A DNA stretch of 63,920 nt, filler included, from Choristocarpus tenellus KU-1152 (Eukaryota > Protista > Phaeophyceae), in assembly GCA_964200185.2 (NCBI GenBank). It is 9 parts of 9 records of this genome, joined end to end, with 100 filler letters (N's around TTAATTAATTAA, not from the genome) between each part and the next. Parts side by side here need not be neighbours in the genome. Positions count along the whole stretch, not along the records: positions 20,360 to 29,897 come from CAXNAD020003597.1; positions 29,998 to 36,117 come from CAXNAD020008895.1; positions 36,218 to 46,115 come from CAXNAD020003297.1; 6 more parts are not named here. One strand, written 5' to 3'. Positions within the stretch are counted from its first letter, which is position 1. Every line of letters starts with the position of its first letter. Positions 27,020 through 40,127 of the stretch are shown here, one piece after another. Below the pieces are notes generated by a model that made no database searches, was not told the origin of the DNA, and was given only the letters and a program-made list of their open reading frames with translations. The position numbers and the translations under genes are program-made.

Positions 27020-27201
27020 TACTCGTAGTATCTGGGGGGGGGTAATGGCTGTCCATTTGGGGTCAATTTTTTTATGTTGCGATTTTTGGGTGATTTGGTT
27101 GCATATGCCGGATGGATGATGATATAAATGCACTTTTCCTGATTTTGGTGTACATGGACACCCTGGTGTAGCCAACCCCCCCCCCACAGATAGTTTGGGT
27201 C
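27020..27201 (-). mobile_element. MITE family B, complete, inverted
   Basis: Reverse-complement match to 14484-14662; flanked by TTTT on both sides. Confidence 0.8.
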
Positions 27202-27941
27202 TTTTTCATCTGTTCCTCTTCCTAGTATTTATTCGTGTGTTTGTCGATATATTTTTTGTTGCTTTTTTTTCTTTCTCCACATTTCTGTATTGTTGTATTG
27301 TGTCCGGGTATCATGTCCTTTTGGAAACGGTATTATTTTTTTTCTCTTCTTTTGTTCTCCTTCCAGTCAAGGATCGAAGGATGTATATTGGGAGGGTTTC
27401 GACAACACCTCCAAAATATTTTTTGCATCATGCATCAAGCGTCGAACTTCTGTGCAATGATCAATCACTCAAATAATCAATCGTTATTGGGTGTCCTACT
27501 ACATACATCACCTTTATGGAGGGATCGTGCAGGTTCAAACGTGGTGGAGGTCAAGACTTTCTTGTTGTGAGAGAACTTTGATTTCAATGGACCACATGGC
27601 AAGCACAATATAACAGTATGTCTATTACCTCCTGTCCATATCTAAACCACAAAAAAGCAACGGTGAAAAAAAGGAGTCGAGGTGGCAATACTTCATTACG
27701 GCCAGGTATGTTTCGTATAATGCTTGAAGAAGGCAGACTGATAAGCGGTGGGATGGCTGAAACACAACATTCGAGAAAAGGGGGAAGGCGTGCAATTACT
27801 CGTAGTGTATTGGTTAGTTTGTAGTGTTAAGAAGTGTATTAGGTTTCTACTGCCAGACTAAAGTGGAAGGAGGTGAAATAAAGCTGTAGGTAGCATCAAG
27901 TAATCCTGAGGATATTACAATGGCAACTGGTACCTAGTATA

Positions 27942-29644
27942 CTACCTCTGTGCCATAAGTTTGTGCCGCGAAACATCTGGGCTCGCCAAGCGAGAAAAGG
28001 GCTGAATCGGACGATAAACCCACAGAATGAAATCAGGTTGACAATATCAGCTTCCAGAAAAGGTGGGGGTTGAGGATCATCAGGTACAAACTCGAGATGC
28101 TTCAAGCCGTCAAAGTAGGGGCCTTTTGGGGTGATTTTGAGGTCAGAACTGGGCACGTCGAGGGTCAGAACGTCGGCATAGCAACCCCCTTGTCGACCCC
28201 CCCGTGTAGGAAGGGTGCCCAAGTGTCCCTCAACACCAGGGTTGCACTTGCAGTGCGGCACACCCTCGTGATGGTCCCTGGTGAGCATATACTGCCGTGA
28301 CACGTTGGGCCGGCCCTCATAGCAGAGTTTGGAGTGTCTGAGCGTTACATGCGAAGACTCTGGGAGGATGTCGCCGATCAGGTCGCCCGTGCCCACACGC
28401 TTGACCTAGGGGTGGCGGCACGTAATGGGCAGCCTTCAGAGCTCACACCGACCAAGATGGCCACAATAGTAGTATCATCTCTGATAATCGGTCATCCACA
28501 GTGTGTCAGGTGACAATGAAGATAGCCAACAAGGGACTGAATTATAGCATGAGCACCATAAATAGGTGGTTGGATGATATGGGGGCCATGCCGAATCGCC
28601 GCTGGATCAAACCCATGCTTAATTCGTGGCAAAAGGTATGGAGAATGGACTTTGTTTGCGATCATGTGGACCAGACACGAGGTGTGTACACCTCCATGGC
28701 GAACACGATCCATGTGGCTGAAACCTGGTTTTACGTGATGGTTGATGGGGAAAGGGTTAGGGTATTTCCGCATAAGGATGATAGCGACCTCCCAGGGTCC
28801 CCTACTGTGCAGCACAAGAGTCATATCCCCAAAACCATGATTATTGCAGCAAACGCCCACCCAGATTCGACTCACAGCTTTGATGGAAAGCTTGGTGTTT
28901 GGCATGTGTGTGTGCCAAAAACAGCAGACAGGACAAGCAAGAACCATAAAAGGGGGGATGTGTATGAGCAGGACTGTGCCTTAGACCATTTGTGGTACAG
29001 GAAGTGGTACACGGAGGAGTTACTGCCTGCAGTCAAGACCAATCAAGACCAAGATGCCTTGGTTGCAGGGGCAGCACGGTGTCGTTCAGCAAGACAGTGC
29101 CACCCCACACACGGGCAAGGGCAACTCAAAAATCTTGTCAGGAGCAGGGAAGACTGAGGGGTGGTCAATTGGGCTTGTGACACAGCTATCTAACTCCCCA
29201 AACCTCAATGTTATGGACCTGTGCTTCTTCAGGTCTTTGAAATGCCGCATGATGGGGGAGCAGTTTGGGTTTGTTGAGGAGATGACGAGGGTCATTAAGA
29301 AACAGTATGAGGAGTATAATGAAACACCACACTTGAGAGGGGTTAGCAGCTTCTTTTTGTGGTGTACAATCAAGTACTTAGATACAAAGGGGGGAATGAC
29401 TTCAGTGTGGAGCACACAGTGGCAAGGAAGAGGTAGTCGTCTGGTAAGCTTGAAAACGCACCAAAGGTAGACATGGAGGCTTTTTCTGTGTCTGATCAAA
29501 TTGCGATGGGTGGGGAGTAATAATAATGTGTCTCACCCTAACCAGAAATTCGTCAAGGATTCCAAATATTATTTCAGAAATGAATTTCATCATTATCTTC
29601 AAAAGTTACGGACAACGCGGCGCAGACTTAAAGCACAGAGGTAT
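27942..29644 (+). mobile_element. Full-length Tc1/mariner DNA transposon, plant-type DD39D-like
   Basis: TA|CTACCTCTGTGCCATAAGTTTGTGCCGCG ... CGCGGCGCAGACTTAAAGCACAGAGGTAT|TA: ~29-bp imperfect TIRs with TA TSD, enclosing a transposase. Confidence 0.9.
28097..29470 (+). pseudogene. Mariner transposase pseudogene
   Basis: HTH (AEFGVSERYMRRLW), IHVAETWFY (first Asp lost), VQHKSHIPKTM, FDGKLGVW, QQDSATPH, NSPNLNVMDLCFFRSL. TGA at 28298, frameshift near 28480, 10-bp duplication at 29033-29052. Confidence 0.9.
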
Positions 29645-29897
29645 TATATCGAAATTGGAATTGGATTTCCCTAGAGGGCGACATGGCGACCATCGGATTC
29701 GAACCTGCTCACTGCTCTACAAGAAGCCTGACTACATTTTTAGAAGCCATCACCACTGGCAAGATATGGAGCAGTACAGTTTGTATCCTTTCAAAACGGT
29801 AAAGAACAGGTCTGGATGGTTGAATGTTGGGTCAAATGCCCCCCCCCCCCAATGCAAGATGTGTATAGGTAGGGTATAAAATTCTTTGATCCTGTTC

Positions 29898-29997
29898 NNN
29901 NNNNNNNNNNNNNNNNNNNNNNNNNNNNNNNNNNNNNNNNNTTAATTAATTAANNNNNNNNNNNNNNNNNNNNNNNNNNNNNNNNNNNNNNNNNNNN
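29898..29997. other. Artificial contig spacer
   Basis: N44-TTAATTAATTAA-N44. Confidence 0.97.
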
Positions 29998-30346
29998 TTT
30001 GTTTGGGGTTGGTTTGTTTTGTGTTTTTGGGTGGGGGGGGGGGGGGGGAAAGGGTGGGTCTGTTGTTTCTATGAACATGGGCATGTGGCGGCAGATCCTC
30101 GTTTTTTTCTCATGACTTACAAGCACTTTGCGCCTTAAGTACGGATATCTATATACTTACGCGCTCCTTAGACGATTTCGTCTTGCATAGTCGGTCATCC
30201 TGGGGTCTTTTGAAGGCTGGTAATCTAACCTTTTTAAAAATCATGATACGCACGTGATGATCTTCCAATACATGAATATGATGGAGTCCAAAAATCAATA
30301 GGTTTACTTGGAAGTTGTATTTGAGGACACTATGAGTACTTGATAG

Positions 30347-30736
30347 GTTTCACGCTTGAACGAACTGTCCCGCACACAATGTCATGGTACCTCACGAATT
30401 CTACACGTTGGACTATGGGTGGACGGGCATTAGTTTCCAGGCTCAGGAGTGGAACTATATGGCGGGAAAGGGTGAGACTTGTCTCAAGGGAGGTCAACGC
30501 GATACTTCTGGAGGTTCACAGGTCTGCGCATATACTGCGCCAGTTTACCTGTCCCGAGGGTTTCGCTCCATAAACCCACCACCACCACCGCCGCCACAAC
30601 CGCCGCCACCTCCACCTCCATAGAAACTACCACCACCTCCCCTTCCACCTCCTCTATCGCGCCCTCCCCAATTTCCTCCACCCCCTCCCCCCCCATAGTG
30701 TCCATACGACATACCCGGGTTGCAAGGGTGCTGCAA
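30347..30736 (+). pseudogene. Exon-like segment of a Pro-rich/Cys-containing protein with three in-frame stops
   Basis: TAG acceptor, AA|GTAAGA donor, 390 bp phase 2-2. Frame reads FHA*TNCPAHNVMVPHEFYTLDYGW...PPPP*KLPPP...PPP*CPYDIPGLQGCC. Confidence 0.45.
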
Positions 30737-32240
30737 GTAAGAACACGAGAACACAGCGAAAGAAAAGAAGTGGGACCAAGAAAGAGAGAGAGAGAGAGAG
30801 GGAGGGAGGAGAGAGAAAAAAAAAAAGAGGTTTCTTTCATATCATCTTCCATAAAATCCTAATTTCCTTGTTTTCCTGTCAGTGGATCCTGGGGCCGTGT
30901 GATCAATATAGCATCTTCCTCGCGAATCTTGCCCTAACACTGGATTTAATTCTCCCTCCAGAGTTTTTTCCACACGACAAAAGAACGACCACCTAAGTCT
31001 TTTGCTGACATTGAATTCTCACCCTTGCAACTGTCCAACTTTAACCAGCGCCCTCTCAGTTTAAAGGTGTTGAGGTGCCAGAGAGGAGAGAGGAGGACAG
31101 ACACCAACAAAACATCGATGGCGTTTATAATCAAATAAAAAACAATTTCGTATTTTAAAAAGTCAACTATAATTAAAGCACCAACACAACAATGGAATGT
31201 ATCCCCTTTCCAGAAGCAGAGATAGAGATGGCAGAAGGGACTGTACCCAGCAAGTAGATGCATCGGGTGGTGCGCATTACAAGCTATGTCTGAGGTATGC
31301 CCTACTGATCTTTACATTTAACATAAATATTTTTTGCAAGGCGTTAATAGCGGATGCGTCTTGAGTCCATCTATGTCTGCCTTCGACCACGTATCACCTG
31401 TTTGATGAGATCACATGTCCCCCATTAGCCCCAGAGACGTTCTGACTTGACCAAGCTTGTAGTTTAAATGTACCAGGTAACGTTTTGACTCACCCTATGC
31501 TTTTCCTATATCCCTACGTTTCTTGTGTTTCACAGTCGGGGACACTTTCGTCAACTACTACACCTAACAAGGACGTCGATGGCCTCTCCCCTAACTCAAA
31601 GGTCCTGGCCGCTGCCGATGCCTTATATGATTCAGGGAATGAATTTGATACCGGGACTCAGAGTCAAGGTGCAATAAATATAATGATATCTTGCCCAGGT
31701 CGTCCCACTTGTTGCTCGTTGAATGCCACGAAGCTTTTACAAGCAATCCTCAGTGATCCAACATGGTTATTGTCACGAATACCCGGGAGCTCCCCCTTCC
31801 CGTTGTATCGCTGCGCTTTAGTATTGAACACTCTTCGAATAGTCTTACTGATGATACAAAAAATGCTCGGGAATGTAAGTGTATCTTTCTCCGACCATCC
31901 CCATACCTTTCCAACATGCTTTTGTCGTCAACCAAGAGCGAAGGAGAGCCCGAGGAGGAGGAGGTGTAGTGCTACACCGTCCAATCTACAGTAGTAATGA
32001 GGGGGTAGCTGATAGGCCTAAACAATCCGAGACTCTGGATAGCGCTCTTAGAGGTTCCTGGAGCGAGACTGGCGAACGAGAATTTCTATCTGAGATGAGA
32101 TCTGGAGAGGGTTTGGGCTCGAGTGAGACGAAAAAGGAAGAGAGAATCAATGCGTCATCCGCCCAGGTGTGTCACCCCCAAAAGGTCAAGGTTTTGTGAA
32201 GAGAACATATGCCTGATTAATGTTGGGTCAGAATTTAAGA

Positions 32241-32495
32241 GACTTGCGTACTTCCCTTTATTCCACTACTACAAGTATTAGTCCTCCTTCCGAGCCTGTG
32301 CAGTGGATCTTTAGTTCAAAATATCACGTTTGATGCGGCCTTCGCACAGTGTGATTTATTTAGATCAACGTTGATCCAGAGTTGAAGGGACTTGCGTGCT
32401 TCCCTTTACCTCGCTGCAACAAGCATTAGTCCTCCCTCTAAGTCTGCGCAATGGTTCTTTCGTTCAAAATATCACGTTTGATACGGCCTTTGCAT
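32241..32495. repeat. Diverged ~107-bp direct repeat, 2 copies (32241-32347, 32389-32495)
   Basis: Shared GACTTGCGT.CTTCCCTTT ... GTTCAAAATATCACGTTTGAT.CGGCCTT. Confidence 0.8.
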
Positions 32496-33589
32496 ATAGA
32501 CCGGTAGTGACAATTTCTTGACACGGACATCAACAGAAATGTTTTGTGCTTTGGTGTGTTGTAACAGATCACACGGTATTGATAGGATGAAATGCGGAGA
32601 AGCTGCGTCGTCTTAACACCAAACCAGTTTCAAGTCAGCTACAGAGATGCTCCCCAACCAATCGAAATCCGAATCCTGCTGATTTCTATCCTGCTGCATT
32701 CACCGTGTCTCCCACAGAGTCAGTCCTCTTCGTTATCACTATTCAGTAGAGCTCTAGAGCTTTTCAACCCTCGAGATCTATTTGCATTCACTGCCAAAAG
32801 AATAAACCTGGTGGAAGAAAGAGAAAAAATATATATATTCCATTAGATTCTCTTTCTTACGTGAAAGATGATATGGAGAGTAGTTGGTAGATCAATGAAT
32901 AGAGAAGACAATAAATATTTCAATTGAAGAGGGGCAAACAAATCCCATGTGTTTTTGTATCCTTCAATCAGTACAACCACTGCCAGACTTTAAAGTATAC
33001 TTTTATTTGGATAGCTAAATCATGTGCAACCCTGGGCTGGGATCAGTTCAACAGGGTTAAAGTGGTCCACTGCAGAGAGGACCCCACCCACCTGGATTCA
33101 CCTTGATAAACTGTTGTGAAAGATGTGCCAGAAGACAATTCCATTCCCCCCCTCCTCCTCCCGCACTCTATTCGCACGTGGAGCCTTTCTTTTCCACATG
33201 ACTGCCAAGATTATCGTTAGACTGCAAGGCGGATGAATAGATAAGGATTTTTTTTTTTCCCGTATACTATGTTAGAGTTAGGGTTAGGGTGTGATGAATA
33301 TCCGAAGAAAAGCCTTCCACATTTTGCGCACAAATATGTTCAAAATGTTTTCTTTTTCTGTAATTGTACTGGGCTGCTGATTATAATCGTATCCTGATCT
33401 TAAACACCTCAGCCAGCATCGTCAGCTTCTTGTATTCAATCCATGAATTGAAGTAGAGCCCCCGTGAGACTTTGTGCCCGTAGGGTTCCGTGTGTTGGAT
33501 CAGCATTTTTTTTTTTTTGTAGTGTCGAGAGTCAGACCAACTGAAAGGGTTAGGGTTAGGATTGCATTTGAAGGATCCAAGAAGACAGG

Positions 33590-33877
33590 AAGTTAGAGTA
33601 TCTTTTAGAGGGTATAGCCGCGTCTCTTTGGGGGTCAAAATCCAATGTTGCGATCTTGATGTAAGTTTTAGCTATCGTCTTTGTTAGGAAAGTGTCAATA
33701 TCCTTGTTCCTGACACACCTTTTCATAACGTATATATATATATATACATTTTACCTACTCCGAAACATTTTGTGGAGTAGGAAACATATCACAAAAAAAA
33801 AAACCCATGGGAAGCCAAGCCCCAAATGCACAAATAGGGCGAAGCTCACACTTTCTCTTAATAAGATGCTTTCACTT
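33590..33877 (-). mobile_element. MITE family A, inverted
   Basis: Reverse-complement match to 62545-62804. Confidence 0.8.
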
Positions 33878-35070
33878 GGGGCAAGAAGAACATGCCGTTT
33901 TCTTTTTCTTTTTCTATTGCGTAGAAGAGCCTTTGCTGAGTTTGTGATGTTAGTTTCGTGTGCGGAAATTGTGAAAATAAATTTTGCGTACACCACCGTG
34001 CAAATACAAAAAAAAAATGAAATAAGAGTGCGTTTCACGGGCCAAGAGAGATAGATAGATGAGATGCACTTGGAGTGCAGAAGGGTCCAAACCTGCCCCT
34101 ATCTCTCAGTTGGTTCGGCTGTTTGGCTCTCAGGCATCGCGTTGAGTGCGCACAGTAGTACGTAAGACTTCAGCACAAGAACCTCATTAACGGAAAAAAA
34201 GAAGAAGATAGAAACCACTTTTTGAGAAAGTGGGTGCTATACTATCCTGCGAAAAAAAAGTGATGACTGATTCTTAAGTTCTGAAAAAAAAGAAGTGTGT
34301 GCACCCGCACGCACGCACGTACACGCACACGCCTGCAGTTAACACATGCTGCGATTTTTTTTATTATTAGACGTGACGCGGGTAAGATGTTCGGGACCTT
34401 GAGACGGTTTGCGCTTTCACTCTTTGGTTGGTCTCTGACTGTGAAGGTTCGTCGAACTGTATACAACGGAATACGTATCTGTCGGACGAGAGGTGTGTTG
34501 AACATGTGACTGTCAGGTGTGGGACGTGTTGAATACGTAACTGTCAGATGAGAGGTGTGTTGAACATGTGACCTGTCAGATGTGGATCGCCTGTAAATTG
34601 AACAATAGATCCCGGTGAGCTGGCGGCTAATTCATTCAGTACAGAAGATGCTGAGAGTGCTCTACCGAGTAAGGTCTTGGGGACTTGTGGGGCGGTATAA
34701 TGGTATGCATTTCTACCTTGAATGGTATGTTGGATTCCACACATACTGTCAACAGTTTCACCACTCTTTGTCATACATGTACCACCGAACTGAAACCCTG
34801 TTTGGAATGGTAGAGCCAGCCGCCCAGCCTATGTCCGTTATTGTTGCAATGGTATGCGTATCTCCCTCTTTATATTTTGTATGTTCTTGTGCGCCGAACG
34901 AATTTTAGATTCAGTTTGTGTACCACCTAAGCTTCAATGCGCATATTGTTTCCCTGACGATTTACTATAGTAGAAGTACTGCAACGATATCAGTATCAGT
35001 GGCAGTAGCAGTGACAATACAAGGGTAAAAAGTTGACCATTGAATACTGCCGCAAGGCTCCGCCCTCCAC

Positions 35071-35504
35071 TACTGTAGTACTATTAATAGTGGTGATAAA
35101 CAATACTGTAGTACTATTAATAGTAGTGATAAACAATACTGTAGTACTATTAATAGTAGTGATAAACAATACTGTAGTACTATTAATAGTAGTGATAAAC
35201 AATACTGTAGTACTATTAATAGTGGTGATAAACAATACTGTAGTAGTATTAGTAGTGGTGATAAACAATACTGTAGTACTATTAATAGTAGTGATAAACA
35301 ATACTGTAGTACTATTAATAGTAGTGATAAACAATACTGTAGTACTATTAATAGTGGTGATAAACAATACTGTAGTAGTATTAGTAGTGGTGATAAACAA
35401 TACTGTAGTACTATTAATAGTGGTGATAAACAATACTCTAGTACTATTAATAGTGGTGATAAACAATACTGTAGTACTATTAATAGTAGTGATAAACAAT
35501 ACTG
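35071..35504. repeat. 33-bp minisatellite, ~13 copies
   Basis: Unit TACTGTAGTACTATTAATAGT(G/A)GTGATAAACAA, near-perfect. Confidence 0.97.
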
Positions 35505-36117
35505 CAAGCAAATGTGGTTGCCGATTTTACATGCTTGTGGTTTTACGGTCAGTGTTCCATGTTACGGTACACTTACAGGACGTGGCGTTAAAGAATGTGT
35601 AGAATCCCAAGCCTTGGTATTGAAATATGTAGATTTTACTTCCTTCTCAGTCATGTTGTAGGAGGTAGAAAGTTGGAGTGAGATACACCACTTCAAGAAA
35701 AGGGGGCGCGATAAACCTTGCAGTCGTCCCTGATCTCTAGTAATTCGTCGCTCAATCCGTGTTGCTGGCTACAGAATTCCCTTTCCAGGATTCTTCTTAT
35801 GGCACTACAATAAAACCTGGATATTGTTCTCTCAATCAATCGACGGAAAGATTACTATCAACTATCCAGTCATCCAGCAGTCATCCGGCGGTTCTCCGAC
35901 GACACTCTAATTATCTAACTCATCGTTTCCTTAGTAAGTATTTTTCCCACGTTAACTTGGAGCATAATCTTAACAAGTGCACTTCAGCACGGTGTGGTCA
36001 CGCTATGGTCGTGGTTACTTGAAGAACAAAAAACAGGGTCAAAGTATCTGGGGGGGGGGGGGGGGGGGGCGGGTGCGGGTTTTTCGCCCTTTTTGGCTTT
36101 CTTCCCCTTGGTGGGTG

Positions 36118-36217
36118 NNNNNNNNNNNNNNNNNNNNNNNNNNNNNNNNNNNNNNNNNNNNTTAATTAATTAANNNNNNNNNNNNNNNNNNNNNNNNNNN
36201 NNNNNNNNNNNNNNNNN
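36118..36217. other. Artificial contig spacer
   Basis: N44-TTAATTAATTAA-N44. Confidence 0.97.
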
Positions 36218-36759
36218 TGGCAGAGGGCATAATAATATAATATATATATATATATATTACTTCCTACGTTCATGTTTTTATTGTAAGAACATTCTTCACC
36301 AACGGACTTGAGCCAACGTGGTATGGCACGTGGACAATCTCTTCCAGAACCGTATCGGAGGAGATCCACACTAGGAGGTGGGTATATATCCCTTGTAGGA
36401 AGATCGAACTCATCTGCCGCTGTCCCTTAACCGCCGAAGTCAAACACCCCGGAATACCAAGCGTGTGAGAAGAGATAAAGACGACAGGACTTCATTCGTG
36501 AGAGGACAACAAGTGCGCACCTTTCCTGAACGATCTAACCCGTCCGCGATCACCCATGCCCTCTAGACCTGACCCAACGCACAAAATATGTTGTACTCCC
36601 TTTTATCGGTTTCCCCTCTCTGGTTCACAACGTCCCTACCCCGTGCAGTAATCACTCCATCAAAGGAGAGACACACGGGCTAATCAACGAACGTCGCCAT
36701 GCCCCCAAAGGAAAGCAAGCGGTGAGTTTCATACAAGAAAAGCATACCCTCTATGTTAA

Positions 36760-37100
36760 TGTGCAGAATAGGACAATGGTGAAGTGTACCATATTTTGTG
36801 CATATGAGATTACTGTGTTGAATTGAGTCCATTTGATGTAACTAATGAGATAGTACATCCGGATTATGTATGGGATTATGTATTGGTATTTATTCCGCAT
36901 TCAACTTCTTTGACATAACCATTGACTTAGATAGGAAGCACAGATAAATAATAAACAAGCAATGAGAAGACACCCCACAAAGGTCACTCTTCTAATTTCA
37001 ACCATGTAATAACGTTCAGCAAAGGGGGTCGTGTGAGGCTTCACACCTTCTTATCTTCACTACTGGGAAATAGCATTACCTCCCAAGGTAAATTTGCACA
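36760..37100 (+). mobile_element. Solo LTR of the copia family
   Basis: TGTGCA...TGCACA termini, 5-bp TSD GTTAA on both sides; homologous to the LTR at 43679-44022. Confidence 0.93.
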
Positions 37101-37372
37101 GTTAAGGAGCGTTCCCACAAGGCCAATCTCATTAAACACTATCGTAATATAGCGCCCATGACGAACGATGCGATATAAACATGCTCGCATCCTTTATACC
37201 TGCATGTGTGTACCGTGGTGTATCCCACGGCTGTATAGTATAGCCCCGATGTGAAATGGCCCTCCGTCAAGTTCTCCTAGCTCTCACACCGTCGTTCTGG
37301 GTTCACCCCTTCCCGTGAAGCAACCGTTTAGGGTGTGGAACGCGTTCGGCCATTTTTTTTCACCGCGCTTTT

Positions 37373-37629
37373 GAGTCAAAGCATTCAAGAGGGTAGGTCC
37401 GCGTCCGTTCGGGATCATAAATCCAATGTTTCAATTTTGATGAATTTTGCCTGTCGTCTTTGTAAGCAAGTGTCAATATACATGCTCCGGCACACATTTC
37501 ATAGTCGTGTATATTTTAGGTAACAGTGTTCACACAGAAAACCAAAAAGGGGAATAAAATACCATTCAAAAGGCAAGCCCTGAATGGACAAACGGGGCAG
37601 AATTCCTACCCTCTTAAGTACTTTGGGTC
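37373..37629 (-). mobile_element. MITE family A, diverged
   Basis: GAGTCAAAGCATTCAAGAGGGTAG ... TACCCTCTTAAGTACTTTGGGTC; internal similarity to other A copies. Confidence 0.7.
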
Positions 37630-40127
37630 TTCTCTGTATGAACAGCTCGAACTGAACTTATAGCAACTTTGGTAAAAAGCATAAACGTTGTTATAAACAC
37701 TTTTCCACACCGCATGATGACCACGCTGCGCATCGTCTTACGGTTCCCTATGTAGTCAGAATGCAACCGGTCGCGATGTAAATCTGGGCCACCCACAAAT
37801 TGCATAAACCCCTTGTCTTGACACACACACGTGTTTAACAGGATTCGAACCCCCAATCCACCATATAAAGCTGTTGTTGGAGATTTGTAGGAGACATGGG
37901 CACAGGGCATGTGCTGTGTACAGCGTTTGTACTCTTAAGCGCTCAACGCCCCCAAAAAGATCATGCCCCCCATATTCACTATGTCATGTTTACAGTATCC
38001 CGCTTGTCCAACCCTGATTCACAGTAAACAACCGAAACCACCCCCTAAAAATGGTCGTACAACATTGATTCCCGAAAGGGGCCTTCTCGGAAACACTTTG
38101 CCTGTCTTCGTGAAAGCAGTATATACCATGGTCTTGGAACAATAAATACGATGTCAATTCTACCCTGCTTGGGGACGTTGTTTGGCACTATACGTGACCT
38201 CGAGGCGATGGAAGAGATGCAGACCTTGCTCTCGTTACGCATGTTCACTGATAGACAGGATAGGAAATGTTAAAAAACTCTTGGCCGGTATCCGAATTTT
38301 CGATTTAGTAGCACTCGACAGGTAAAACAGTGGAGACCATCTCGAGTTTATTGAAGCCACAAACCAAGCAGTCCATTATATGTAACCTTGACACCGTCCC
38401 ACACTCATCCAACTCTTTCACCCTACGATGTAGATACCCCTTGCAAGTGGTGCAAGGGCGTAATACTCTCCATTATTTTTGTACAATTAATTTTGGAAAA
38501 TTAAGTTATGAGAAAACGATAAAGACGTGGGTGGAACCAGAATGAGGAACACCTGTTCGCACACACACACACCATGCCAACCCCACGTCTAATTGTGATT
38601 ACCAACGGCATGCTTTCATTCCACGTGATCGGCCTACATGTGGTCATTTGTCTAGCGTTTCACCACCAACATCCAGACGCCCTGAACTTGCGCATGGGCA
38701 CGGATCTCGAGGAAAATATAAACGTAACTCGACTTTGAAATTCTTTGTTGTTAGTTGCCTTGTTTATGTACTTCTGTAATCCGTGTTGGGCATGCGTCAC
38801 TCTACTGTCCCCCACATAACCTAAATCGATTTATGCGACCACCTCCCACAAGATAAACCTCGATTCAACACGTTCCCAAGTACATGTGCACTCGCACGAT
38901 ACTGTACAAACCAATGCAGGCTGACACGTTCTAGTACGCTGTACGAAGTATTTCAGGCTTGTCGTCATAAATTGTTTGAGGACCATACCATCGAAACCTG
39001 CGTCAACATCTTTGAAATCCTCTGTATACAAATCGAATTATTTACGTTAACCTTAATTTTTGTTGAACAGTATTACCACTGTCGACAAGGGGTGTTGTAC
39101 TCAAAGTCTATACCACACGGGGGTTTCACCCTTGGCAACCATAATGGTCATACAATTGAAGAGGCCCACCATGTGACGGTGGCTTTACATAAACAGGGCA
39201 ATTAATTACCTGAAGCAAACCTTGAGCAGTATTGAACACTACGGTTGTGCATCCCCCCATCCCTGCACACACCTCGGTCGCGAACATAGTTACATCACTG
39301 CACACAATTCTCTGTATTTAGTAGTCTATTCAAACTGCTTCCAAAGCACGAGTCAATAGAGAGGTTAGACCATTATCACCACCCTACCCTCTTTTTCTTG
39401 CATTGGAACTGTTTCCAAACTGTCCATTGACAGTGGTCCCACCGCCATTTCACTTGCAACCCCAAACCCAACGCTAATCCTAGAAGTAGTCGGCATCGAA
39501 CTCCCAAAAGCAATTGAGGTGGTTCACATCTTCTCATCCCTTTGCATCCTCTTTTTCAGACCACATTACCAACCCTAACCATGTGTGATACACCATACAA
39601 AGGCTTCATCCGACCCTTAACCTCCTATAACGGCCACTAATGTAGCTTCACCTGTCCATGTTCGCGTTTGGTAATCAACCACCCCACAGTATGAAATACA
39701 TACCTTACACAAATAGCAAACCCAATTACGTAAAAACAGTAATTTGATCCTAGTAACATGCAAGTCAGTATCGCAATGTAACGGCTGTTGCCACTTTCAA
39801 CGCGATTATACACGACAAACGGAATAAAGAACCAAACATGCAATAACATCCAACTGTGTCGACATTAGAAAAATTATGTTCGTAAATCGAAGAATGATTG
39901 AGAACCCCCCATGCACGTATGCACATATGAACATAATCCAGATATGTAAGTATATGAAATGCCTCTTGCAATGATAACATCGGAAGCTACCGATATTATT
40001 GAGGCGAAGACGATAGCGTTAGTGACGTACCATACCCTAACCCTCACAACCCTTTAAGTTGTGGGTACGAAGTGCGCTTATCCACTGTTATAACCGCGCT
40101 CGGCATTCTTTTCCAATGTCTATCTTC

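Noticed and set aside
29680-29765. tRNA gene on the minus strand (GGTTCGAATCC B-box)
   Set aside because: T-stem and acceptor stem do not pair and no cloverleaf forms; at most a tRNA-derived SINE relic.
34996-35602. Repetitive ORFs on both strands, or a CRISPR-like array
   Set aside because: A by-product of a 33-bp (multiple of 3) tandem unit; no unique spacers and no cas genes.
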